Origin: Serratia phage KpYy 1 41
DNA: 54,417 bases
Direction: 5' to 3' (one strand)
Sequence record: NC_052991.1
The position numbers were made by a program, and so were the translations under genes. Position 1 is the stretch's first letter; the number at the start of each line of letters is the position of its first letter. Shown piece by piece: positions 9,309 to 17,042 of this stretch. Below the pieces are notes generated by a model that saw only the letters and a program-made list of their open reading frames with translations, did not search any database and had not been told where the DNA came from.

Positions 9309-9503
9309 ATGAAGAAGATCGCTGCGCTAACGCTGTTTGTATTGATTATCTGCGGTGTGCTGTTTGTTATTGGCCGTGTGGGCGCGGCGATCGGGTGTAA
9401 CGACGTCAGCGTCCAGACAGAACTACCAACCAAATACAGCCCTTTAAGCGGCTGCTACATCAAACGAGACGGCCAATGGGAGCCGTTAGACTGGAGACTA
9501 TGA
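9309..9503 (+). CDS. small membrane protein (64 aa)
   Basis: N-terminal hydrophobic helix LTLFVLIICGVLFVIG. Confidence 0.45.
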   Translation: MKKIAALTLFVLIICGVLFVIGRVGAAIGCNDVSVQTELPTKYSPLSGCYIKRDGQWEPLDWRL

Positions 9504-9505
9504 CC

Positions 9506-9721
9506 ATGAAAATTCCCGCAGGAGACGTTAAGCCGGGCGTACTCGCGACCATCTTTGGCGAGCAGTTCCGCCTTCGCTATATCACGTATCACAACGTCGG
9601 CAGCGTCACGCTGCGCTTCCAGCCGGGCGACGAACCGCTGTCACCGCTCACCGAGAATGACGTGCTGACCATGACCGTTCCGCGCACATTTGAAGTCGAG
9701 GTGGACAGCGATGGCCGATAA
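9506..9721 (+). CDS. hypothetical protein (about 72 aa)
   Basis: ATG with a GGAG 9 nt upstream. The longer ORF starts at 9476. Confidence 0.4.
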   Translation: MKIPAGDVKPGVLATIFGEQFRLRYITYHNVGSVTLRFQPGDEPLSPLTENDVLTMTVPRTFEVEVDSDGR

Positions 9722-10223
9722 AAAATTGAGATTCGGACACCTCGAAACTGGCGACATGACACTGGAGCGTAACAGCATCCGTATCGGGTACAGTCCGGAA
9801 GTAACCTTCGCCGTGAAACGACGCGTAGAGCGCACCACGCCGACGCAGGTCATCGTAGGGAATACGCGATACCGGAAGGACGATGGCCGCGCCATTGGCG
9901 AAGCCGGGTGCCTGTTTACCGAGGACGACATCGGTGAAGGGAAAACGGTCAATATCGAGATCGTAACCGAGGCTGAATTCCGGGAGATCCGAAGCCTGTT
10001 CTACGAATTCAAGGAAGGCGTGCTGGCCGCGTGCGCCGGGTACGAAATCACCGCGACGGACTTGGCCGTCCTGTTCCGTGACCGGGAAGTGCGCGAAGGG
10101 TTAGTGGCGCGCTGGCGGAAAACGAAGGAGACGATCGCCGACCTGCACAAACAGACCCGCGATTTCATGATCGAGAAAGGCCACGGTGATCGACTGGAGC
10201 ACGCCCGGAAAAGAAAGTCTTAG
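9711..10223 (+). CDS. hypothetical protein (about 170 aa)
   Basis: Internal ATG preceded by GAGGTGGA. The long ORF from 9690 overlaps the upstream gene. Confidence 0.45.
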   Translation: MADKKLRFGHLETGDMTLERNSIRIGYSPEVTFAVKRRVERTTPTQVIVGNTRYRKDDGRAIGEAGCLFTEDDIGEGKTVNIEIVTEAEFREIRSLFYEFKEGVLAACAGYEITATDLAVLFRDREVREGLVARWRKTKETIADLHKQTRDFMIEKGHGDRLEHARKRKS

Positions 10224-10230
10224 AAACTGT

Positions 10231-10259
10231 TTGACACACGTCGCGTGTATAACCTATAT
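10231..10259 (+). promoter_or_regulatory. early promoter P4 (TTGACA-N17-CTATAT), conserved spacer
   Basis: The sequence reads TTGACAcACGTCGCGTGTAtAACCTATATT. A leader hairpin TCCCCG...CGGGGA plus TTTT follows at about 10262-10288. Confidence 0.6.
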
Positions 10260-10303
10260 TATCCCCGAAGGCAACAACGGGGATTTTTACTTTAGGGGGC
10301 AAC

Positions 10304-10585
10304 ATGCTGACTATCACTGCCGATGAAATGTATAAAGCTGCTACCGATCACCACACCGCCGAAGCAATTGAAGTACGTGGCGAGGTAGAGCGTCTTATCC
10401 GCCGGGCCGCATCAGCCGGGCTGACCACCACTACGGTCGCGCTGTTACACAACGACCATCCGCTGTCCGATAAGTCCCGCGCCATGCTGATTGGCTGGAT
10501 CAAGGACGCCGGGTTCGAAATCTATTCCGACCCGGACGAGCCGCCTTGCACCCTACAAATCTTATGGGGGAGGGCCGCCGCATGA
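10304..10585 (+). CDS. hypothetical protein (93 aa)
   Basis: ORF after P4. Confidence 0.45.
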   Translation: MLTITADEMYKAATDHHTAEAIEVRGEVERLIRRAASAGLTTTTVALLHNDHPLSDKSRAMLIGWIKDAGFEIYSDPDEPPCTLQILWGRAAA

Positions 10586-10893
10586 ACTACATGCGCATGA
10601 AAGCCGACCGCACCCACGCCGTCATCGCAGATCTGGAAGCAAAAGGCTATCTGGTGGCCGTCAACGGTGTCCACGACGAGATCTGGTTTGACATCATCCA
10701 TCAGGTCGGGCCGCTGTCCGCAGCGGAACGCCAGTCCATTGAAGACCGACTTCTGGCCGCATACAGCGAAGACCTGAAAGAGTGGGCCGACCACCTGCTC
10801 GGTTCGTGGCGCGAGGCGCATCCGGGCATCGTACGCATTTGGGACGGCGTGCCTGTCCGTAATTTCAACGAAGAGGATAAATATAAAAAATGA
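10582..10893 (+). CDS. hypothetical protein (about 103 aa)
   Basis: ATGA overlap with the upstream stop, and a GGGGAGG RBS. Confidence 0.45.
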   Translation: MNYMRMKADRTHAVIADLEAKGYLVAVNGVHDEIWFDIIHQVGPLSAAERQSIEDRLLAAYSEDLKEWADHLLGSWREAHPGIVRIWDGVPVRNFNEEDKYKK

Positions 10894-11342
10894 AACGCGG
10901 ATCATTATTCCAGCAGGAGGCCCGCCGACAGGCTTCGGTCATCCGCCAACGCGCGAAGTGGGATCTGTACCCGTTCGTCCGGCACATCGTTAAGCGGCTC
11001 CTGCGCGGCGACGAAGAAGTCGTACGCTCGATGTACGGCAAAGGGCTGACCGACGTTATGGCATCGTTCTACGGTATTACCCGTTCGCCCGGGCCACGTC
11101 GTATCCACGCCCGGTCTGGCCGTCCGTACCCGCTGCCATTCATCGTGCGCGAAGGCTCGCCGATACACATGGCCCCGGTATACCGCCAGTTAACTATTGA
11201 TCCGTGGCTTCCGCCGAGGGATGCGCTGGCCGCGAAGGGCATCAAGATAGAAAACTCGGATGACATCATCCATCTGCTGTCCGTAAACGACTTTAAGTAC
11301 GGGCTGCGGTTTACCATTAACCCCGAACTGGCAGAGGGCTGA
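10890..11342 (+). CDS. hypothetical protein (150 aa)
   Basis: ATGA overlap with the upstream gene. Confidence 0.45.
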   Translation: MKRGSLFQQEARRQASVIRQRAKWDLYPFVRHIVKRLLRGDEEVVRSMYGKGLTDVMASFYGITRSPGPRRIHARSGRPYPLPFIVREGSPIHMAPVYRQLTIDPWLPPRDALAAKGIKIENSDDIIHLLSVNDFKYGLRFTINPELAEG

Positions 11343-11343
11343 C

Positions 11344-12057
11344 ATGGCTACGATGAAAGAACTTCACAAGATACCGCACTTCCAGTACAGCGGCGGGATC
11401 TGGTACTGCTACCGGGCGTTTGACGGCGGCGCGAAGTCATACCCGGAATACTCGCCCACCAGCCACGCCGAGCTATGGTACAGCGACAAGGCGATGGCCC
11501 GCATGGTGGAAGTGTACGGCTGGTGGAAAGCCAAAGATCCGAAGAATGCCCGCCTGACCGATGCCATGCTGCTGCGCTACGCCGGAGCCATTCGCTACGT
11601 GGAGGAAGGTAGCCGACGGAAATGGGGCATGGTCATCAAAGACCTGCGCATCTTCGCGGAGAACGTCGGTAGCCGCTTCTCGCGGGAGTATTTCGCCCGG
11701 GCAAGGAAAGAGGACGTCAAGCGCGCGAAAACGATGCGTGGCAAGGAACAGGCCCGGCTGGTGGAGACGCTAATAGCCTCGGGATACTGCCGGGTGTCGA
11801 ATAACCATCGCATCGTCAGCCGCATCGATCGGCCGGACTGGCGAGAAGTGCTGGCGCTGGAACTTTGCCCGCAAGATCCGTATGGTGCCGGGATTGACCG
11901 CACGTACGGCAGCGGCATGGCCGACTTCTATCGTCGCGGGAACAGCAAGGATAAACTGACCATTGAAGACGAAATGGTCTTCCGGCGCTTCCCGGGTTCC
12001 AGTGATGGCCCGAAGGACTTTGTACCATTATGCGAGGATTTAACCGATGCCAACTAA
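11344..12057 (+). CDS. hypothetical protein (237 aa)
   Basis: ORF in the early operon. Confidence 0.45.
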   Translation: MATMKELHKIPHFQYSGGIWYCYRAFDGGAKSYPEYSPTSHAELWYSDKAMARMVEVYGWWKAKDPKNARLTDAMLLRYAGAIRYVEEGSRRKWGMVIKDLRIFAENVGSRFSREYFARARKEDVKRAKTMRGKEQARLVETLIASGYCRVSNNHRIVSRIDRPDWREVLALELCPQDPYGAGIDRTYGSGMADFYRRGNSKDKLTIEDEMVFRRFPGSSDGPKDFVPLCEDLTDAN

Positions 12058-12946
12058 CAAAGAGCCGCTTGTCGTCAGCTTTTCCGGCGGCCAGTCGTCC
12101 GGCTTTCTTTGTGCATACCTGATCGAGAATTACGGCCACAAATATGACCTGCGTTTCGTGTTCGCCAATACAGGCCGGGAGCACGAAGAAACGCTGACCT
12201 TCGCCGACAAGGTGGATAAACACTTCGGCCTGAATCTGGTGTGGCTGGAAGGCTACGCCAGTCCGGAACACGGCGTCGGGATGCGCCACCGGGTTGTCAG
12301 TTTCGAGACGGCCGCGCGCAAGGGCGAACCGTTTGAAAGCCTGATCAGCGTCGAGGGCATCCCGAACATATCGCGCCAGAAGTGCAGCGACTACCTGAAA
12401 ACGCAGACGATTCGCCACTGGATGCGCAGCAACGGACTGGCGCGCCGTGGGTGGAGCGCGAAGACTGCCATAGGAATGCGGTCTGACGAGCCGGAACGGG
12501 CTGACCCGAACAAAGCGTCGGCCAAGAAATTCAATCTGGTGTACCCCCTTTGCCATTGGGGGAGTTTCGATAAGCAGGACGTGAACGATTATTGGGATGC
12601 CATGCCGTTCAAACTCAACATCCCGCCGCATTACGGGAACTGCCTGACCTGCTTCAAAAAGAGCAATGCAAAGCTGTACCTGATAGCCCACGAACACCCT
12701 GAATGGTTTACGTGGAACCGCGACATGGAAATCCAGTACGGCCACGTTAAAGCGGAAGACGGCCACACATGGTTCCGTGGCAAACGAAACACGGATCAGC
12801 TTATGGCCGACGCCGGACTGGAAGACCGCCAGCGCCTGCTGTACCTGACCCGCACTAACCCGGACGACGGTGATGGCTGCACATCATCATGTGAGCCGTT
12901 CCAGTCCGACCTTTTTGACGAAGACTTTGAGGAAGATGAAGTATGA
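12047..12946 (+). CDS. PAPS-reductase-like PP-loop protein with acidic DEV tail
   Basis: The N-terminal PP-loop VVSFSGGQSSG matches the SFSGGKDS-type motif of the PAPS reductase / DndC-like ATP pyrophosphatase family. It ends FDEDFEEDEV. Confidence 0.55.
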   Translation: MPTNKEPLVVSFSGGQSSGFLCAYLIENYGHKYDLRFVFANTGREHEETLTFADKVDKHFGLNLVWLEGYASPEHGVGMRHRVVSFETAARKGEPFESLISVEGIPNISRQKCSDYLKTQTIRHWMRSNGLARRGWSAKTAIGMRSDEPERADPNKASAKKFNLVYPLCHWGSFDKQDVNDYWDAMPFKLNIPPHYGNCLTCFKKSNAKLYLIAHEHPEWFTWNRDMEIQYGHVKAEDGHTWFRGKRNTDQLMADAGLEDRQRLLYLTRTNPDDGDGCTSSCEPFQSDLFDEDFEEDEV

Positions 12947-13404
12947 ACGTGAATATGTGTAACCCGGCGGCCAAGCCCGTCATGATCTATCTGGCTGGGC
13001 CGTACCGCCCGTACATCATCGGTTCGGGCTGCACCGTTCCGACGACGGTCAACATCCTGAAAGCCGAAGAGGCGGCCGTGTCGGTTGTCGATCAACTCTA
13101 CGTCCACAAGATGTTCCCGGTTACGCCGCACCTGAACACGGCCAACTTCGAGTACAAGACCGAAGGAGAAATCCCGGATGAATACTGGCTGGAATGCACG
13201 ATGGAATTGATGCGCCGCTGTGACGCGGTTCTGCTGATTGGTGAAGACGCGATGCGCAGTTCAGGTACCCGCGCGGAGATTGAAGAGGCGAAGCGGCTGA
13301 ATATCCCGGTCTTCAATAGCCTCGATCATCTGGTGTCCTCGCTGCGGTACCACCAGACAATCGAGGGTGAACGTACGGTGGTTATTACACACCCGACCAT
13401 TTAA
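12943..13404 (+). CDS. DUF4406 / nucleoside 2-deoxyribosyltransferase-like protein
   Basis: N-terminal MIYLAGPY and the block CDAVLLIGEDAMRSSGTRAEIEEAKRLNIPVF resemble the nucleoside 2-deoxyribosyltransferase-like family. Confidence 0.5.
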   Translation: MNVNMCNPAAKPVMIYLAGPYRPYIIGSGCTVPTTVNILKAEEAAVSVVDQLYVHKMFPVTPHLNTANFEYKTEGEIPDEYWLECTMELMRRCDAVLLIGEDAMRSSGTRAEIEEAKRLNIPVFNSLDHLVSSLRYHQTIEGERTVVITHPTI

Positions 13405-13608
13405 CTATTTCCAGCCGCATAGCCGTTCGCCGATTTCATCGTGGGTGGCGATCTGCCGTGCGGTTTCATCTGTCAGCACGTCTTCCTCGCCGATGTAGAT
13501 GGCGCGCGCGACAGAACAGAAAGACGGCGCAGGGTTAATCCTTTCGACGCATCCACTTACGGCGAAGCAGATCGTTAGCGCCACCATCAGGGAGTTTATT
13601 GATTTCAT
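13405..13608 (-). CDS. o-spanin (Rz1-like outer-membrane lipoprotein)
   Basis: A signal peptide is followed by the lipobox FAVSGC. It is a small Pro-containing protein whose start overlaps the 3' end of the i-spanin ORF in a different frame. Confidence 0.55.
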   Translation of the reverse strand: MKSINSLMVALTICFAVSGCVERINPAPSFCSVARAIYIGEEDVLTDETARQIATHDEIGERLCGWK

Positions 13609-13789
13609 TATGCACCTCGGCCACTTGTTTATCCGCGTTTGCCTGTTCCCGCAACGTGTCGTAGTTCTGGTTATTAATCTGATCCTGTTTGCCCTTCGCG
13701 CGTCCTGCCCGCCAGACGCCGAAGAGGGCTACAACGAAAACGAGCGCCGCAAGGACGCCCGTCTTGATCCGGGCGAATAGCCCTGTCAT
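13535..13789 (-). CDS. i-spanin (Rz-like)
   Basis: Uses the internal start MTGLFARIKTGVLAALVFVVALFGV. It has an N-terminal TM helix followed by a charged coiled-coil-like region. Its start overlaps the endolysin stop. Confidence 0.5.
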   Translation of the reverse strand: MTGLFARIKTGVLAALVFVVALFGVWRAGRAKGKQDQINNQNYDTLREQANADKQVAEVHNEINKLPDGGANDLLRRKWMRRKD

Positions 13790-14499
13790 GCAGCCGCCCC
13801 TGCCCGATGCTTCCGGTACGCGACCCACCCCATGTACAGGCCAATCGCGATTGTGGCCGCGCCGAATGCGATGCGTACCCAATCACCGGAAGAAATATCG
13901 CCGTGGGCGCTGTCCATCGCAGCCTTGACGGGCTGAACCATGTCCACCAGTTGAGCCGCACCGAGTCCGGCCACGCTCGTCGCGGCCACGGTGGTACGGT
14001 TAACAGGCTTGGCCGCCTTAACGATGCCCGCCCGGCGCAGACCTTCCTCGATCACTTCGTCCGAGTACCACGTATTCGCGTTGCTGTACGGCGTCAGGCC
14101 GAACGCTTCCGGGTTCCCGTTTTCGTGGCGGATGATGCCTTCCACCAGACCGCGCATGGTGTCGTAGTCGTGGAGATTCAGCGTTTCGCTATTCGGGTCA
14201 ACGGCCAGAACGGCGGCAACCTGTTTAGCGTAGGCCGATACGTTGTTCTCAACGGCGGGTGCCCACCGCTCGATAACTTCTCGCACCGAGTCGATTTTGC
14301 TGCCGTCGTTGGCCTTGCGCTTGTCGTAGTAAGTGGTCAGAGTGACGGCAATGGCGCGGATGCCGGATGCCGGGTCTTTGAACTGTGCGAAGCGGCTGTC
14401 CGTCGCTTCACTGCGCGGGATCAGCCCTTGCCACGGCGACCCCCACTCGATGTTGCCCGGGTTGTTATTGCGAATCCCGCGCGGCTTCTGTTTAGCCAT
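13786..14499 (-). CDS. putative endolysin / peptidoglycan hydrolase with C-terminal TM anchor
   Basis: It sits between a holin-like gene and the spanins. It carries the conserved GIRNNNPGNI motif, and its C-terminal 30 aa form a hydrophobic helix (IAFGAATIAIGLYMGWVAY). Confidence 0.5.
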   Translation of the reverse strand: MAKQKPRGIRNNNPGNIEWGSPWQGLIPRSEATDSRFAQFKDPASGIRAIAVTLTTYYDKRKANDGSKIDSVREVIERWAPAVENNVSAYAKQVAAVLAVDPNSETLNLHDYDTMRGLVEGIIRHENGNPEAFGLTPYSNANTWYSDEVIEEGLRRAGIVKAAKPVNRTTVAATSVAGLGAAQLVDMVQPVKAAMDSAHGDISSGDWVRIAFGAATIAIGLYMGWVAYRKHRAGAAA

Positions 14500-14502
14500 C
14501 GG

Positions 14503-14841
14503 TTATTTCCTCATCATTTGGGAAGATAGGGTATCCACGCTTTGTTTCAGGTCGCGCATGTCGGCGCGAAGGTCTGAACGAAGGGCGGAGTTTTGCGAGA
14601 CGGTTTCGGCCCGGAGAACCGTGAACGCCGCGTCAGTGGAGTCCTGACGTTTCTCGACGTTGGTAAGCCGGGTGTCCGTCTGCGTGTTCTGGTTTGATAG
14701 GTCGGCGAAGCGGTTGTTGACGTACAGTACCGCCGCCACCAGCATCGAAGCCATCGTCAGAATCGTGGGGAGATTGACAGACAAGTCTAACTTGATGCCG
14801 CCGGAGTTATCCCCCGGCCGTTCCCGTTCCATTTCGCTCAT
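14503..14841 (-). CDS. holin-like protein (single TM plus coiled coil)
   Basis: Start MSEMERE preceded by GAGGAAG. It has one TM helix (PTILTMASMLVAAVLYV) and is the first gene of the lysis cassette. The ORF track start at 14856 uses GTG. Confidence 0.4.
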   Translation of the reverse strand: MSEMERERPGDNSGGIKLDLSVNLPTILTMASMLVAAVLYVNNRFADLSNQNTQTDTRLTNVEKRQDSTDAAFTVLRAETVSQNSALRSDLRADMRDLKQSVDTLSSQMMRK

Positions 14842-14854
14842 TGGGTGCTTCCTC

Positions 14855-14884
14855 ACAAAAAATTAGCGGGACAAGCCCGCTAAG
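14855..14884 (-). terminator. rho-independent terminator (minus strand)
   Basis: The minus strand reads TTAGCGGGCTTGTCCCGCTAA followed by TTTTTT, between the fibre gene and the lysis genes. Confidence 0.55.
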
Positions 14885-14903
14885 AATATTAACCCGTCAA
14901 TTG

Positions 14904-17033
14904 TCAGTACACAAAGCGGCAAGTGATTTGCACCCGATGTTTCCGTGGTGGCTGCGGCATTTCGTACATCGACTTGTCGCGCATCATTACCTGCTCAAGT
15001 ACCTGACGGACTCGTAGCGTGGATTGGGGAGCATCTTTGTCTGGGTAATTAGCTTTATCGGCATAGTGCTGCAAAACTTGAGACACTTTTGCAAATGATT
15101 GCGGGACGTCCTTGTCAGGGTATTCCGCCGTCATTGATACATGCTGAATTACCTGCTGAACCGCAAGCGGTTTATGCAGTGTGCTCCAATCCGGGTAAGA
15201 CGCATCCTGTGCCGCCTGCTGAATGATCTGGCTGACAATAAGCGGCCGGAACATGGTACCGGGATCAGGGAAATCGTCAATCTGCGCAACGTGTTCCAAT
15301 ACCTGATTTACAATCGCGTCCGACGTCGGCAGGTGGACGTCCGGATAGTCGGCCGGGATCGCGATGTGCTCCAGCACCTGATTGACCGTCAGGTAGGACA
15401 CCGGGACAGTCGGGTCAGGGTACGTCGCGCGGAACGCCACTGGCTGCATCACCTGACGAACATGGATACCGGACTCGGCGACTTCGCCCGGGGGCGGCAT
15501 GTACTGGTACCGCGTCACCAGTTCAACAAATTGCGCCAGCGGAGCGTACGAGATCGGGAGCCGCAGCGGTTGGGCTTTCACCACCTTCTCTAAGAACTGC
15601 GGCACGATCTGAACCTTGCTCGCTTCCCACATGTCGTTCGGGTCTTCGTAGTCCAGCGCTTTCATGACGTGGTACGCCGTGGCCGCACTAACGATGGCCG
15701 ACGTTGTAGGGATGCCCGGGTCAGGGTAGTCCGTTACCTGCTGCACCACCGACATGCGAACAGCGTCAGCGCGCGACCACACCAGCAGGTTAATCGGAGG
15801 CGTGTACGCTTCCGCCCGCACCGCATAGCCGCGTACCTGTTTAACGCGCGTCCGAGACAGCACCGGGAGCAAGTCAGACTTGACCAAGAACTGTGACGAA
15901 ACGTGTTTGGTGCGCATCGTGGACAGCGGGATGGCTCGTTGGTTATCGCTAAATTGCAGCACCAGCGGCGTCAGGGACTTCGCACGCGTGTAACTGATAG
16001 GAAGCGACACCTGATACTCGCAAACAGCGTACGACGTCACTGCGGCCGCGTGCTCGACGCCGACAGTCGGGTCAACGAAGTCCGCCGGGATGACAGCCTG
16101 TGACAGCGCCTGCGCGGCAAATACGTTTGACCGGGGCATCGGGATCGGCAGCGCGGTAACGGCCTGCGACAACTCCTGCGCCACGCGGGTCATTGAGCGC
16201 GGCAGACGTTCAACCGGGCGCTTCTGCGCGGCCAGAACCACGTTCGACTTCACGGACGCAGGCGTCGTGTACATCGGCAGCGGATGGGCCTGAACCACCA
16301 GCGTCGATTCATGGCGAACGAACACACCAGACGTCGGGACGTACGGGATGTCGATCGACTGCAATACCAGATTCCAGACCTGCTTCGTCCGGGTCTTCGA
16401 CCACATTTCATCTGGCAGCGGGAAGTCACCGAGCGTCGCGGCCACCACGGCAAACGACCACGCCGATTTCACCTTGTCGTACGAAATGGTCACGATAGGC
16501 GACGCCAGAACGGACAGCGTCACCGCCTGCTTCACGATGTTGTAGGAAATCGGGTCGTCGATGTGCTGCTGGACGATGGCGTAATTCCACAACGTGTACA
16601 GGCTTTCAGGCGAAATGACTTCTGACAAAGGCGGTACGACGTCGTGCTGCGTGACGTACTCATACACCGCATCTGCGTAAAGTGGTGGCCGTTCCGTGGC
16701 CGCCTGACCGAGTGCCTCGCAGATCATTTCGGCCGCCATAAATTGCGGCTCTTTGACCAGCGCTTCACAGACCATCGTTGACGCGCGGATCTCAACGACT
16801 TCGACGGCCAGCACTTCGCCTACCAGTTCAGCCGCGCGGAAGATGGGTGGTGATTTACCGTCCCACTGTAAAACCTCCCCAAAGTGTTTCGCCGCGTCGA
16901 TGTTTAACGCAGAAATGGCTAACGCTTCCCCTACACACCGGGACAGGTATGTGAGTTTGGGATTCTCGCCATTCCACTGTAAGGCTTCGCCGACCAACTT
17001 GGCCGCGCTGATACCCACGTCTTCATCAGCCAC
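14904..17033 (-). CDS. highly repetitive tail-fibre-like protein (709 aa)
   Basis: The N-terminus has about five copies of a roughly 20-aa unit (GEALQWNGENP, GEVLQWDGKSP and similar). The C-terminal half has at least eight degenerate 23-25-aa repeats (xYPDxxxPxSxxxVxQVLxH). It sits in the tail-fibre region. Confidence 0.45.
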   Translation of the reverse strand: MADEDVGISAAKLVGEALQWNGENPKLTYLSRCVGEALAISALNIDAAKHFGEVLQWDGKSPPIFRAAELVGEVLAVEVVEIRASTMVCEALVKEPQFMAAEMICEALGQAATERPPLYADAVYEYVTQHDVVPPLSEVISPESLYTLWNYAIVQQHIDDPISYNIVKQAVTLSVLASPIVTISYDKVKSAWSFAVVAATLGDFPLPDEMWSKTRTKQVWNLVLQSIDIPYVPTSGVFVRHESTLVVQAHPLPMYTTPASVKSNVVLAAQKRPVERLPRSMTRVAQELSQAVTALPIPMPRSNVFAAQALSQAVIPADFVDPTVGVEHAAAVTSYAVCEYQVSLPISYTRAKSLTPLVLQFSDNQRAIPLSTMRTKHVSSQFLVKSDLLPVLSRTRVKQVRGYAVRAEAYTPPINLLVWSRADAVRMSVVQQVTDYPDPGIPTTSAIVSAATAYHVMKALDYEDPNDMWEASKVQIVPQFLEKVVKAQPLRLPISYAPLAQFVELVTRYQYMPPPGEVAESGIHVRQVMQPVAFRATYPDPTVPVSYLTVNQVLEHIAIPADYPDVHLPTSDAIVNQVLEHVAQIDDFPDPGTMFRPLIVSQIIQQAAQDASYPDWSTLHKPLAVQQVIQHVSMTAEYPDKDVPQSFAKVSQVLQHYADKANYPDKDAPQSTLRVRQVLEQVMMRDKSMYEMPQPPRKHRVQITCRFVY

Positions 17034-17042
17034 ATGGCCCCC

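Noticed and set aside
14842-14856. GTG start for the holin-like ORF
   Set aside because: The GTG sits inside the U-tract of the upstream terminator. An ATG 15 nt downstream with a GAGGAAG RBS is more plausible.
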